Source: an uncultured bacterium (lineage in GTDB: Bacteria; Electryoneota; Tariuqbacteria; Tariuqbacterales; Tariuqbacteraceae). From it: 64,000 nucleotides of DNA. The DNA lies in assembly GCA_964421875.1 (NCBI GenBank), contig CAYQZD010000005.1:253-64252 (forward strand). The letters are read 5' to 3'. The position numbers and the translations under genes are program-made. Below the pieces are notes generated by a model. That model had not been told where the DNA came from. It did no database searches and was given only the letters and a program-made list of their open reading frames with translations. This document shows, in pieces, positions 40,876-51,072 of the stretch (within the stretch, counting starts at the first letter, position 1; every line of letters starts with the position of its first letter).

Positions 40876-42240
40876 GTGAATATGAAAAAGATTATCATCA
40901 TCGGGCTGCTCACAGCGGTGCTGCTATCGACTGCGGTTCCCGCCTCGGCCTATACGCTTTCCGGTAGTATCAGCGGCGGCGTGTTCTTGGGGGGGATAAC
41001 CTATGTGATTGCGGTATCTTTTGACAGCGCATCTTACGAAATGTACCTTGGCCTGGTATTATTTGGCAACGGGTCCTATAGAATCACCGATATCCCCGCC
41101 GGACAGTGCATCATCGTCGCCTTCCAGGACCGGGATAACAACGTTCAGCCCTCCACCGGCGACTATTTCGGCTGGTACGGCCAGCAATTGCCGGAGATTG
41201 TGAACGTCACCGGAAATATGAGCAACCTAGACATCCAAATTGCGCCATTGCCGACCACGCAAATCGCCGGCGCTATCACCTACAACGGGCCCCTCACCGG
41301 TTTGACCCTGGTGGAAGCAGCCACCGATCCTCAGTTCACCCAGAACCAGTTCTACTCCATCGTGCTCGATTCCACCGGAAACGGAGCCTATACCGTCTTC
41401 CTCGATCCCGGAGTTTACTATGTCCGCGCCTTCCTCGACTCGAACCTGAACCTCGCCTACGACCCGGGAGAACCCTACGGATACTACGGCTACCCCGGCG
41501 CGCCCGCTTCTGTCAATGTGACCTCCGTTCCGGCGCAGGGAATAGACTTCGCCCTCTACGATCCTGCCGGTGCGTTGTCGCTGACGTTAGCTCCGGTCGG
41601 AGCGCCGGTGGTGATTCCCCCGACTGGAGGCTCCTTTGAATTCTCGGTTCAACTTGCCAACAACGGCAACTCCCCGGAAAATGTCGACGCCTGGATCGAT
41701 GTCGTTCTGCCCAACGGCAATCCCTACAGACCCCTGCTGAACCGCGCTTTAACCGTCCCCGCCGGAGCGCAAATCGTACGGATGTTGAATCAAACCGTGC
41801 CGGGGATAGCCCCGCCGGGCCAGTACTGGTACCGGGGATTTGTGGGGAACTATCCGAACATAATCGCGGCGGCGGACAGCTTCTTCTTCAATAAGATGCA
41901 GGTGGACGACGGAGATTCAGCCGAGGATAACTGGGACATTGAAGGATGGGACGGCCGCGCAGAATCCGTTCCGCCGGAAACAGCGATTCTCCTCCCGGCG
42001 TACCCCAACCCCTTCAATCAAACCACGGCTCTCAGCTTCAAGCTGCAAGCTGCTGGTCAAGTCCGGCTGGATGTGTTCGACCTCGCAGGCAGGGAAGTAG
42101 CAACGCTGGCGGATGGGAGTTACTCCGCCGGAACTCACACCGTCGATTTCGACGCTTCGGGACTGCCCACCGGAATGTATTTCATCCGCCTGTTTTCAGG
42201 GGGAACGGCATCGGTTCAGAAAGTGTTGTTAATGAAGTAA
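40876..42240 (+). CDS. Secreted protein with T9SS C-terminal sorting domain (β-sandwich, carboxypeptidase-regulatory-like repeats)
   Basis: Signal peptide. The C-terminal tail …GMYFIRLFSGGTASVQKVLLMK is typical of a Por-secretion CTD. Followed by a family-A hairpin terminator. Confidence 0.6.
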   Translation: MNMKKIIIIGLLTAVLLSTAVPASAYTLSGSISGGVFLGGITYVIAVSFDSASYEMYLGLVLFGNGSYRITDIPAGQCIIVAFQDRDNNVQPSTGDYFGWYGQQLPEIVNVTGNMSNLDIQIAPLPTTQIAGAITYNGPLTGLTLVEAATDPQFTQNQFYSIVLDSTGNGAYTVFLDPGVYYVRAFLDSNLNLAYDPGEPYGYYGYPGAPASVNVTSVPAQGIDFALYDPAGALSLTLAPVGAPVVIPPTGGSFEFSVQLANNGNSPENVDAWIDVVLPNGNPYRPLLNRALTVPAGAQIVRMLNQTVPGIAPPGQYWYRGFVGNYPNIIAAADSFFFNKMQVDDGDSAEDNWDIEGWDGRAESVPPETAILLPAYPNPFNQTTALSFKLQAAGQVRLDVFDLAGREVATLADGSYSAGTHTVDFDASGLPTGMYFIRLFSGGTASVQKVLLMK

Positions 42241-42247
42241 ATAATAG

Positions 42248-42275
42248 TGCGACAGGGTCTCCGCACCCTGTCGCA
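42248..42275. repeat. Family-A hairpin repeat (N-cagggt-ctccgc-accctg-N), terminator-like
   Basis: tgcgacagggt ctccgc accctgtcgca followed by a T-rich tract. Other copies with compensatory outer-stem changes lie at 44653..44676, 44701..44726 (reverse loop), 45835..45862, 61004..61025 and 62588..62611 (reverse loop). A degenerate copy is at 44598..44622. Confidence 0.75.
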
Positions 42276-42324
42276 AGTCTTTGTGTTTGTTGTGCTGTCG
42301 ACTCTCAGTCTGTCTGACAATTAA

Positions 42325-42362
42325 AAATGTCATTCTGAATCCGCCAACCGGCGGATGAAGAA
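42325..42362 (+). repeat. Nested-hairpin element gtcatt..gaatccgc-loop-gcggatgaag..aatc (second copy 44506..44545; partial 61058..61085)
   Basis: gtcattctgaatccgccaaccggcggatgaagaatc versus gtcattgcgaatccgctgtacagcggatgaagcaatc. The outer stem differs by compensatory changes (ct/ag vs gc/gc) and the inner hairpin loop differs. Confidence 0.6.
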
Positions 42363-42913
42363 TCTCTTGTTTATATTTGATTTACAAAAATGCAAATGAT
42401 TCGCTTCGCTCAGCATGACATATTCTCAGACAGTCAGCAGAGACCCTGCGCCGCGAAGAGTATTTTTTTAGACTTGAGACCTGAGACATATTCTAAAATA
42501 AAGAGGGGCAAAATATGCCTGAAGTATTCATTTACGGTAAGGACACCTGACACTACACCTCCGACGCCCGAAACGATTATTCCCGCCGCGGCTACGATGT
42601 GAAATATTACCGGGTGAACCAAGACCGCGCCCAACTGGAAGTGATGCTGAAACATTCCAAAGGCGCGCGCCAGGTCCCGGTTATTGTGGAAAGCGGAAAG
42701 GTGACCATCGGCTTCGGCGGAACTTGAGGGGTGTAGGAGAACCTCCGGCGGAGCCGGAAGGATTCGAAAGATGGGATGCATAGCTTTGATACCGCGCCCT
42801 CCCGGAACAAGGGAGGGCGTTTTTGCTCCCCTTCAGCCCCGCCCTTGACATTAATCCCGAAAATTCGTATTATTTACTTGCATCGTATCCGTCTTTACCA
42901 AACGGGGATCGAT

Positions 42914-44491
42914 ATGTTAAGGAAAATCATCCTTTTCGCAGCCTTTCTGTCTTTGATTATCTCCTTTACTCCATCCTTATCTGTTGCAGATCCCTTCCAC
43001 CTCATCACCTGCGTCAGCGGGGATTCTATCGGCGACCAGTTCTATCATATCGCCAATGGGCACGGCGATGTCAACGGAGATGGTTATGAGGATGTTCTCA
43101 TTGGCGCTCCGGCGCAAGATAACAGCGGGGGCGGATACGCCAAACTGTTCTTTGGCGGTACAACATTCGATACTATCCCCGATTTGATTTTCGGAATGGA
43201 TTCTTCGGATTCTTTCGGTTTCAGCTGCGCTTTTGTCGGGGATGTCAACGCCGATAGCTATGACGATATTATGATAGGAGACCCTTATGTTACTTACAGA
43301 TATTACGGTGACGGGGCGGCTTATTTGTATTACGGCGGCGCTAATATGGACACTATCCCCAATATGATTTTTCGGGGGGAATTTTACTGGCATACACTGG
43401 GGGAAAATGTGTCCGGCGCTGGGGATGTCAATGGGGACGGCTATGACGATTGGTTGATAAACGCGCCGAATGACGATATATGCGCTCTTGGGAGGATATA
43501 TTTATATTATGGTGGCGCGCAGGTGGATACTGTCTGCGATGTATATTTTCAGGGTGAGCCATTCGATGGGCTTCGTTTCCAGCATCCAGCCCTTGGCGAC
43601 ATCAACGGTGACGGCTGTGGAGACTTGATTTTTAATAACATTGCGATGACTAAAGTCGATATTCATTTTGGTTCTCCGGTGATGGATGCGGTTCCGGATT
43701 TGATGTGGCGGGGAGATTCTCCGCAAAGATTTTTTTCAATACCGGTTGCGGGGGTTGGTGATTTGAATGCCGATGGTTTCAATGATTGGATAATCTGTAT
43801 TAACCAAGATTATTCTATATTCTTTGGGAGCGCCAATCCGGACACGATTCCCGATATGGTTTTCAGCCCGGAGCTGCCTTGCACCTGGTTCTGGGATATG
43901 GTTGTGGGCAGCGATATTGATGGGAATGGCGTAGATGATATTGTCTTTGGTGGTGGTGGAGCGGACAGCTCTTGGACGGGCAATGTTAGTGGCTATCTAG
44001 GTGGACCGAATTTCGATAATCAATATGATTTTTTCTTTGATTCGGGTATCTATCATGAATTTTTAGGAATAACATTAGGTGTAGCGGACATTGACGGCGA
44101 CTCCGTTTTCGAGGTGATAGGCGGCGCTATGCAGGAAAACGTATCGAATCAACCCTGGGGCCCTGGCCGGGTGTGGATATTGACCACGCAGGAGATGGGC
44201 GTTCCCCGGAAGCCCCCGCCCGCGCCTTGCGCCTTCACCCTCCTTCCCCCATACCCCAATCCCTTCAACGCCGCGCTCGCCATCCCCTTCACCCTGAGAG
44301 AAGCCCTCCCGCTGAAAATCACCGTCTTCGACGCCGAGGGAAGGCAGACTGCCGTATTGCTGAACCATCCGCTTTCCGCCGGGAACCACATCGTCCGTTG
44401 GGACGCTTCAAATCTATCCAGCGGAGTCTATCTCATCCGCCTGCAAACGCCGCAGGCTATGAAAACCGCCCCCGCCGCGCTGGTGAAGTGA
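42914..44491 (+). CDS. FG-GAP (integrin-α-like) repeat protein with T9SS C-terminal domain
   Basis: Signal peptide MLRKIILFAAFLSLIISFTPSLSVA. Repeated GDVNGDGYDD/VGDVNADSYDD/LGDINGDGCGD FG-GAP motifs. CTD …GVYLIRLQTPQAMKTAPAALVK. The track ORF start 42776 is an upstream over-extension. Confidence 0.75.
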   Translation: MLRKIILFAAFLSLIISFTPSLSVADPFHLITCVSGDSIGDQFYHIANGHGDVNGDGYEDVLIGAPAQDNSGGGYAKLFFGGTTFDTIPDLIFGMDSSDSFGFSCAFVGDVNADSYDDIMIGDPYVTYRYYGDGAAYLYYGGANMDTIPNMIFRGEFYWHTLGENVSGAGDVNGDGYDDWLINAPNDDICALGRIYLYYGGAQVDTVCDVYFQGEPFDGLRFQHPALGDINGDGCGDLIFNNIAMTKVDIHFGSPVMDAVPDLMWRGDSPQRFFSIPVAGVGDLNADGFNDWIICINQDYSIFFGSANPDTIPDMVFSPELPCTWFWDMVVGSDIDGNGVDDIVFGGGGADSSWTGNVSGYLGGPNFDNQYDFFFDSGIYHEFLGITLGVADIDGDSVFEVIGGAMQENVSNQPWGPGRVWILTTQEMGVPRKPPPAPCAFTLLPPYPNPFNAALAIPFTLREALPLKITVFDAEGRQTAVLLNHPLSAGNHIVRWDASNLSSGVYLIRLQTPQAMKTAPAALVK

Positions 44492-44748
44492 TAACTGTCA
44501 TTGCGAATCCGCTGTACAGCGGATGAAGCAATCGGGTGGAATTGTTACAAAAAATTCACAGCAGATGAAGCGGATTAAGCAGATTTTATTTAAATGTGGA
44601 CCAGGGTCTCCGCACTCTGTCCGAGAATACCGAAAATGCGTCTTCCTTGGTGGCGCAGGGTCTCTGCACCCTGCGCTATATGATTAATACACAAATACTT
44701 GCAACAGGGTGTGGGGACACTGTTGCACCATTAAACACCCCCCCCGAA

Positions 44749-44776
44749 ACAAAAAACCCGCCCCCTTCAGGGCGGG
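44749..44776 (-). terminator. Rho-independent terminator of the sigma-factor gene (minus strand)
   Basis: Minus strand reads aacccgccctgaagggggcgggtttttt. Confidence 0.65.
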
Positions 44777-44796
44777 TTATCATCTCATTTCCTTCG

Positions 44797-45654
44797 CTAA
44801 CCGAGATATGAGCGCAGGACCTTGGACCTTGAAGTGTGCCGCAGCCTTCTTATCGCCTTCTCTTTAATCTGACGCACCCGTTCCCGCGTCAGATTGAACA
44901 GCTCGCCGATTTCCTCCAGGGTCAAAGGGTGTTCCCGATTCAAGCCGAAGTAGAGCCTGACCACTTCGGCTTCCCGCTCGGACAAGGTCTCCAATGAACG
45001 CTCCACCTCGATTTTGAGGGATTCGTTCATCAGGATGTCGTCCGGGGGAGCCTGCCCGTCGTCGTGGATGACGTCCAGCAGGCGGTTGTCCTCGCCCTGG
45101 TTGAAAGGCGCGTCCATCGAAAGGTGCCGGCCCGACATCTTCATCGTGTCGGTCACCTCGAAGGTGCTCATATCCAGCTGTTCGGCGATTTCCTCGGCTG
45201 AGGGCTCGCGCTCGAACTCCTGCTCCAGGTCGTTGTAAGCCTTCCCGATTTTGTTCAAGGCGCCCACCCGGTTCAAGGGCAGCCTGACCACCCGGGACTG
45301 CTCCGCAAGCGCCTGCAGTATCGACTGCCGAATCCACCATACCGCATAGGAGATAAACTTGAATCCGCGGGTCTCGTCGAATCTTTTAGCGGCTTTTATC
45401 AAGCCAAGATTACCCTCGTTTATCAAGTCTCCCAGCAACAAGCCCTGGTTTTGATACTGTTTAGCCACGCTCACCACAAATCTGAGGTTGGCTTTTGTCA
45501 GTTTCTCCAGCGACCGCTGGTCGCCCTGGCGGATTCTGCGCGCGAGTTCGATTTCCTCTTCCGGGTCCAATAGCTCCATCTCACCGATCTCCTGGAGATA
45601 CTTCTCCAAAGACTGGTTAGCGCGCATATTCATTCTTTTAGAAACTCTGACCAT
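44797..45654 (-). CDS. rpoD: RNA polymerase sigma-70 factor, short FCB-type primary sigma (RpoD/SigA-like, regions 1.2-4)
   Basis: 285 aa. [26 protein letters not shown]…, [13 protein letters not shown] (region 2.4), C-terminal region 4 HTH. Confidence 0.85.
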   Translation of the reverse strand: MVRVSKRMNMRANQSLEKYLQEIGEMELLDPEEEIELARRIRQGDQRSLEKLTKANLRFVVSVAKQYQNQGLLLGDLINEGNLGLIKAAKRFDETRGFKFISYAVWWIRQSILQALAEQSRVVRLPLNRVGALNKIGKAYNDLEQEFEREPSAEEIAEQLDMSTFEVTDTMKMSGRHLSMDAPFNQGEDNRLLDVIHDDGQAPPDDILMNESLKIEVERSLETLSEREAEVVRLYFGLNREHPLTLEEIGELFNLTRERVRQIKEKAIRRLRHTSRSKVLRSYLG

Positions 45655-46159
45655 ACGCCTCCATGTTTGAGTTTGTCAGAGAACGATTATTTTCAATGTT
45701 TGACATTTTACTGATACGAAGTTGAGCTAACATATACAAATCTATGTTTTATATGCTATTAATATAATGTTGCGAAATTAATTCGTTTAATCCGTTTAAT
45801 TCGTTGTGAATCTAAACTCAAAATAAACTAACAGTGCAACAGGGTCTCCCCACCCTGTTGCATGTCTTTGTTTATTAATTACATATCGCAGGTTGCAGAC
45901 AGTTTGTCATAAAATATCCCAAAATTGTCATTCCCGCGAAAGCGGGAATCCAGAAATCATTAATAACCAATAGGATACAATAACCGGTAAACCTAATATT
46001 TTTCGATTATTCCTGTTTCCAGACAGACTGCTGAAATCCTGCGCCACGAAGCAAAACGCAATTTCGGAATTCTCGGACAGTCTGTGCTATGGAATCACAG
46101 CAGTATTGAAGCTAACCTCGTTAAGGAAAATACTTACAGTCAATATATCGACAAATACC

Positions 46160-47692
46160 CTATTTAGGTTTAATCACCTGGAAAGTCTTTCTGCCGTTGC
46201 GCGATATCCTGAAAAGGATGCTCTTCTTGCGCTCCTTCAAGTCCTGGGCGATGCGGCTGAAGTCCCCGATATCTTTCACCGGACGCCGGTCGATTTCGAT
46301 GATGACATCCCCCGGCTGTAAAATGTCAGAAGCGGGGCTGCCGCGGTCGATTTCCACCACCAGAGCCCCCTCGTCCTCAATGATATTCCATTGCCGCGCT
46401 TCCTGAGAACGAAGGCTTCGCACCTGAATACCCAGCCAGGCCTCGGAACCAGATACGCCCGCATCGGAAGCTGTTTCCAGTTCAGAGCGGTCCCCCAGGG
46501 TGAAGTTCAGCTTCTTCACTTTGCCGTCCCGGATAACCTTGGCGGTAGCTTTGTCGCCCGCGTTCTTGGAAGCCACAAGCTGACGGAATTGAGGCACAGA
46601 CTTCACTTGAACATCGTCGAATTCGATGATAACGTCGCCGGGCTCTAATCCGCCTTCAGCCGCGGGAGTCTTATCCACCACCTGGTCCACAAAAACACCG
46701 CGCACCTTTTTCTCCAGCCCCAAAGCCTCCTTCTTAGACATAGTAAGCTCCATCGGCATCATCCCCAGATAACCGTGAGAGACTCTGCCGTTTTCCCGAA
46801 GCTGCTTGGCCGCGTTCTTAGCCATATTGATGGGGATGGCGAAGCCGATGCCCTGCCCCTGGGTGTTGATTGCGGTATTGACGCCAATCACCTCCCCCCG
46901 AATGTTGCACAAAGGTCCGCCGGAATTGTCGAAATTGATGGAGGCGTCGGTCTGGATGAAATATTGCACATCGGGCCCGCCCCCGGCGATGGGGAGTTCA
47001 CCTCGGCCCAACGCGGAAACCACACCCACCGTCACCGTATTGTCCAACCCGAAGGGATTGCCGATGGCGATGGCCCAATCGCCGATTTTTATCTTGTCGC
47101 TGTTGCCCAACTCAGCTACCTGATCCGGCTTCAAACGTGCTTTAATTTTTATCAGAGCCACATCGGTCACCGGGTCCGTCCCCACAATCTCAGCCTCGTA
47201 TTCGTCCTCATTGGACAGCCGCACTAAAAGTTCCGTGGACTTGGCGACGATGTGGTTATTGGTCAGGATATATCCATCCTGATTAATAATAATCCCGGTC
47301 CCCCCGGATTGAGTCCGCCGCTGTTGCTGGGGAGGATTATTTCTCCGCTGGTTAGGGAACAGGTCGCCGAAGGGTCCAAAATCGAAAAAGTCGAAAGGTA
47401 TCGTTACATTCTCCTCCCTGGTCGCGGTTATCGACACTACCGCCGGCCTGAGCTTCTCCGCCACCGCCACAAAGGGGCTTTCACCAGCTTCGGTCAAAAC
47501 CGGCGCCGCGGTGCTGGAAACAGCGGCGGTGAGATCTTCTTCGGCGACACTCGCGTCGGTCCAATTCATCTTGGAAGCGAACAGAATCCCCATTATCGCG
47601 GATACGCCCGCCACCAAAGCCAGGATCGCAACGCTTCTCAGCCTAATTTCTGTCCTTTTTCTCATAGTGTACTCGGATAGTTTGTGAGTCAA
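46160..47692 (-). CDS. htrA: Periplasmic serine endoprotease DegP/HtrA (trypsin domain + 2 PDZ)
   Basis: GTGIIINQDGYILTNNHIV (His), GNSGGPL (Ser), two PDZ modules. Confidence 0.9.
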   Translation of the reverse strand: MTHKLSEYTMRKRTEIRLRSVAILALVAGVSAIMGILFASKMNWTDASVAEEDLTAAVSSTAAPVLTEAGESPFVAVAEKLRPAVVSITATREENVTIPFDFFDFGPFGDLFPNQRRNNPPQQQRRTQSGGTGIIINQDGYILTNNHIVAKSTELLVRLSNEDEYEAEIVGTDPVTDVALIKIKARLKPDQVAELGNSDKIKIGDWAIAIGNPFGLDNTVTVGVVSALGRGELPIAGGGPDVQYFIQTDASINFDNSGGPLCNIRGEVIGVNTAINTQGQGIGFAIPINMAKNAAKQLRENGRVSHGYLGMMPMELTMSKKEALGLEKKVRGVFVDQVVDKTPAAEGGLEPGDVIIEFDDVQVKSVPQFRQLVASKNAGDKATAKVIRDGKVKKLNFTLGDRSELETASDAGVSGSEAWLGIQVRSLRSQEARQWNIIEDEGALVVEIDRGSPASDILQPGDVIIEIDRRPVKDIGDFSRIAQDLKERKKSILFRISRNGRKTFQVIKPK

Positions 47693-47741
47693 AGGTAATA
47701 AGTCTAAATCCCTCCGGGGAAAACCAGGCTTGAGCGCCGGG

Positions 47742-48785
47742 TTAAAAAGTCAATTTCCCCGTACTTAATAAAACTATTTTCCCGCCGTTTAGTTCCTGCG
47801 ATAATATGTTCAAGCGCCGTATATAATCGGCGGTTTGGCTTTTACCCAATAACCTGGGCTGGAAATTCACTTCGGCGTTATAAACGTTCAGCGGTGAGAC
47901 TTGAACTCCCACCGGATTTCCCTGCCAAAAATCCACCGCTGCGGCAAGACCCACCCGGGCGTTCTCACTGTAGGAAGCGAAACTGAAGTTCCCCAGGCTG
48001 TATAATATGGGAACGCCGCGGTATATCTCCACTCCCTGCGGAATATGGGGATGATGCCCCACTACCAAATCCGCCCCCAGGTCGATGCACAGATGCGCCA
48101 GTTCAATCTGGTAATCTTTCGCGGTATCCTGCAGTTCCGCCCCCCAGTGAAACGACGCCACCACCACATCGTATTCCCCGTCGCAGCGCGGTATCGCCTC
48201 CTCCAAATCCTCCCGCCAGGGGAAGGCAGTCCCCGCAGTAGAATCGGTAGCCCAGAATTCTTTGGGGAAAGTGGCGGAGAATCCCAGAAATGCGAAAGAC
48301 TTCCCCTTTATTTCCAATACAGCCGGCTCCAGCGCCGCGCGGCGGTTCATCCCCGCCCCGAAATACCGGATATTGGACGATTCAAGGTTCCGAAAAGTTT
48401 CCTCAAGTCCAACAGCCCCGTAATCGAGGATGTGGTTGTTCGCCAATGTGACAGCTCGGATATTGGCTTGAGCCAGGCTCTTTTCGCTGCCGGGTGGGGA
48501 CCTCATATTGAATTCCTTGGGGAAGGCGTCGCCGCCGGAGGCTATCGGTCCCTCCAGATTCCCCACCACCAGGTCGGCCTCCCGAAAAAGCTCACGACAG
48601 CCCCTGAAAGGGTAGTCTATCCCGTACTTATCGATGAAATCCTCCGCCCAGCTGCCCAGATAAATATCCCCCACGAAAACGATGCGGGCTTCCTTTCGTA
48701 GGGGAAAACCATCCTCTGCCCATCCTACTGGCGAAATCAACAGGCAGACCAGACCTGCGAGTGCTATGGAAGATATGTCTCGCAT
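47742..48785 (-). CDS. capA: CapA/PGA_cap-family metallophosphoesterase (poly-γ-glutamate capsule biosynthesis-like)
   Basis: Signal peptide, GNLEGPIASGGD, VVGHHPHIPQGVEIY. Confidence 0.7.
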   Translation of the reverse strand: MRDISSIALAGLVCLLISPVGWAEDGFPLRKEARIVFVGDIYLGSWAEDFIDKYGIDYPFRGCRELFREADLVVGNLEGPIASGGDAFPKEFNMRSPPGSEKSLAQANIRAVTLANNHILDYGAVGLEETFRNLESSNIRYFGAGMNRRAALEPAVLEIKGKSFAFLGFSATFPKEFWATDSTAGTAFPWREDLEEAIPRCDGEYDVVVASFHWGAELQDTAKDYQIELAHLCIDLGADLVVGHHPHIPQGVEIYRGVPILYSLGNFSFASYSENARVGLAAAVDFWQGNPVGVQVSPLNVYNAEVNFQPRLLGKSQTADYIRRLNILSQELNGGKIVLLSTGKLTF

Positions 48786-48840
48786 ACTATTAATAATTCT
48801 CTATTCAATACGGTGCAGTTTAAACCAGTTATCTGCGTTA

Positions 48841-48872
48841 TGTCAGGTCTTTAGCGCAACGGAGACCTGGCA
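48841..48872. repeat. Family-B hairpin repeat (caggtct-ttagcgYAgcgg-agacctg)
   Basis: Shares its 12-nt loop and 7-bp inner stem with 55124..55157. Located downstream of rluD on the minus strand. Confidence 0.65.
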
Positions 48873-49089
48873 TTCACCCTGCCGCAAACCCCATTTTTTA
48901 CATATCTGCCCGGGCCTTTAAGCACGCGCCCTAAGTATAAACCAACTTTTTTACCCTAAAAACTTGACAAATGTTCATCTGTTATGTAAATTACCTGAGA
49001 GGGGGCTTATATAAAACCGGGCCCCACGGCGGAGGGGTACTCATAAGGCGCCGCCCTCATTTTCATCATCAAGAAAATAATTCCGAACA

Positions 49090-50073
49090 TCAGTGGCGCT
49101 GTCCTTCATCCCTCAGCATCTTTAATACTTCCGTAAAATCCTCCGGCAAATTACTTTCGAAACGCATAAATTCGCGCTGCACCGGATGGAAAAAGCCCAA
49201 AGTGCGCGCATGCAGCGCCTGCCGTTTCATCACTTCGAGATAGCGTGCGCAGGCTGTGCGCTGCAGTGAACTCAAACCCCCGAACCGCGCGTAACGCCCC
49301 CCGTAAACCGGGTCGCCGAATACGGGGTGTCCGAAGTATTTCAGGTGCACCCGTATCTGGTGAGTCCGCCCGGTGGCAAGCTTCAACTCCAGCAGAGTCA
49401 ACAGTTCGAACCTTTCCGCGACTTTATACCTCGTCAACGCCGGTTTCCCCGCAGCGCTGACGGTGAACAGCTTGCGGTCGCGCGGGGAGCGGCTTAAACC
49501 GCCTTCAATTTCCCCTTCAAGATTTTTAGGACAGCCCCAGACCAACGCCAGGTACTTCCGCTCGATGGTGCGGGCGCTGAACTGTTTTCCCAGTGCGCCC
49601 AAGGTGTATTCATCCTTGGCGGCGACCAGCAGTCCGCTGGTATCCTTATCCAGGCGGTGCACAATGCCGGCGCGGAAATCATGCCCCTTCTCCCGCAGCT
49701 CGCGGTAGCGCCCTAAGAGCGCGTTCATCATCGTTCCCGACCAGTTGCCGTGCCCCGGATGAACCACCATCCCCGCAGGTTTATTGATTACCAGTAAGTT
49801 ATCGTCTTCATATACTATTTTTAGGGGAATGTCCTCCGGTTCGAAGGAGGGTTGGGGACGAGGCTGAAGTCTAACGGTGACATTTTCACCGGGGGATACT
49901 TTATAACTGGCTTTGACCGGAGCGGAATCGACGGTGACCAAGCCCAGGTCGATGAGATGCTTGATGTGGGAGCGGGATATTTTAGGGATTCGGTTTACCA
50001 GATAAACGTCAATTCTCTCCTTGGTCTGGTTCGGTGAAACCAGAATCTTTATCTCCCCCGTGATTGGCGGCAT
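49090..50073 (-). CDS. rluD: RluA-family pseudouridine synthase (RluD-like, S4 + catalytic domain)
   Basis: RIDVYLVN…HRLDKDTSGLLVAAKD. Start uncertain: the track start overlaps lspA by 65 nt. Confidence 0.85.
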   Translation of the reverse strand: MPPITGEIKILVSPNQTKERIDVYLVNRIPKISRSHIKHLIDLGLVTVDSAPVKASYKVSPGENVTVRLQPRPQPSFEPEDIPLKIVYEDDNLLVINKPAGMVVHPGHGNWSGTMMNALLGRYRELREKGHDFRAGIVHRLDKDTSGLLVAAKDEYTLGALGKQFSARTIERKYLALVWGCPKNLEGEIEGGLSRSPRDRKLFTVSAAGKPALTRYKVAERFELLTLLELKLATGRTHQIRVHLKYFGHPVFGDPVYGGRYARFGGLSSLQRTACARYLEVMKRQALHARTLGFFHPVQREFMRFESNLPEDFTEVLKMLRDEGQRH

Positions 50074-50572
50074 TGTGCGTCTCCAGAGAAGAGATTGGTT
50101 TCCGGGATGAGAAGAAAAGCATATAAATCACCAGGATAGTCATACCTACCGAAACCGCGCTGTCAGCCACATTGAAAACGGGCCATCTATCCATAATAAA
50201 ATCAGGGAAATCGAAATCGAGGAAATCCACCACCCTTCCGGTGACAATTCGATCGACTAAGTTGCCTAGGGCTCCGCCTAAAATCGCTGCCAGAGCCAGT
50301 TTGGGCAGGAGGGGATAGTCTTTGAGAGTAGAAATAAAATATATTAATAGAATAACCGCGAGTATTGTGGTGATGATGAGGAACAGCCTCCCCCCGAATT
50401 CAATGCCGAACACGATGCCGTCGTTCTCCACATAGGTCAATCGGAAGAAATTTTCGCCCCAAATCCTCAAAGACTGATTCAAGGTCATAGTATGCCTCAC
50501 CAGATGTTTTGAGATTTGGTCGAGGCCTAGAATCAGCCCGGAGAGCGCAAATATCCAATAGCTGCGGTTCAA
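50009..50572 (-). CDS. lspA: Lipoprotein signal peptidase II
   Basis: Four TM helices, conserved NxGxAFG-like region (…VENDGIVFGIEFGG…), C-terminal DRIVTGRVVDFLDF. Confidence 0.85.
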   Translation of the reverse strand: MNRSYWIFALSGLILGLDQISKHLVRHTMTLNQSLRIWGENFFRLTYVENDGIVFGIEFGGRLFLIITTILAVILLIYFISTLKDYPLLPKLALAAILGGALGNLVDRIVTGRVVDFLDFDFPDFIMDRWPVFNVADSAVSVGMTILVIYMLFFSSRKPISSLETHNAANHGGDKDSGFTEPDQGEN

Positions 50573-50590
50573 AATACCAAGCAGGCCGGC

Positions 50591-50989
50591 TTATTTTTTG
50601 CTTTCTTCGTTGGATTTGCAGTCAATGCAAAGACGGGCGTGAGGCACCGCATCCAGCCTGGCTACGGAAATCTGTTCCCCGCATTCCATGCAATAGCCGT
50701 AAGTGCCCTTTTCAATCCTCTCCAGCGCCCTTTCCAGATGGTCCAGATACCGGCCTTCGCGGTGGGCGAAGAGGAAAGCTTTTTCCCGTTCCTGAGCGTC
50801 GGTTCCCTGGTCAGCCATATGGAATGAGTAGGTCGAGTGATTGCCGGAATATTCCTTCAGGGAAGTGTCCATCGAGGCTTCCTTGAGGTACCCCAGCTCT
50901 TTGAACAGGTTCTCCATCTTCTGCAGAATAAGCTGCTTGAAGTGTTCAAGCTGTTCTTTGCTAAATCTGCTATTCTTCTTTTTCGGCAT
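50591..50989 (-). CDS. dksA: DksA/TraR-family C4 zinc-finger regulator
   Basis: YGYCMECGEQISVARLDAVPHARLCIDCK. Confidence 0.8.
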   Translation of the reverse strand: MPKKKNSRFSKEQLEHFKQLILQKMENLFKELGYLKEASMDTSLKEYSGNHSTYSFHMADQGTDAQEREKAFLFAHREGRYLDHLERALERIEKGTYGYCMECGEQISVARLDAVPHARLCIDCKSNEESKK

Positions 50990-51072
50990 CTTTGAGACTC
51001 CGATAATGAAATCTGTCTATTAAAACTCCATCGTTTTTAACAAGTTCCCAATGAGATATCAGTGCAATTCAA

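Noticed and set aside
42776-42913. 5' extension of the FG-GAP gene as drawn in the track (start 42776)
   Set aside because: The extension translates to Pro/Arg-rich junk and overlaps promoter-like DNA. The ATG at 42914 gives a canonical signal peptide.
50009-50073. 65-nt overlap between lspA 3' end and rluD 5' end
   Set aside because: Not a finding. It probably reflects ambiguity in the rluD start codon rather than a genuinely overlapping pair.
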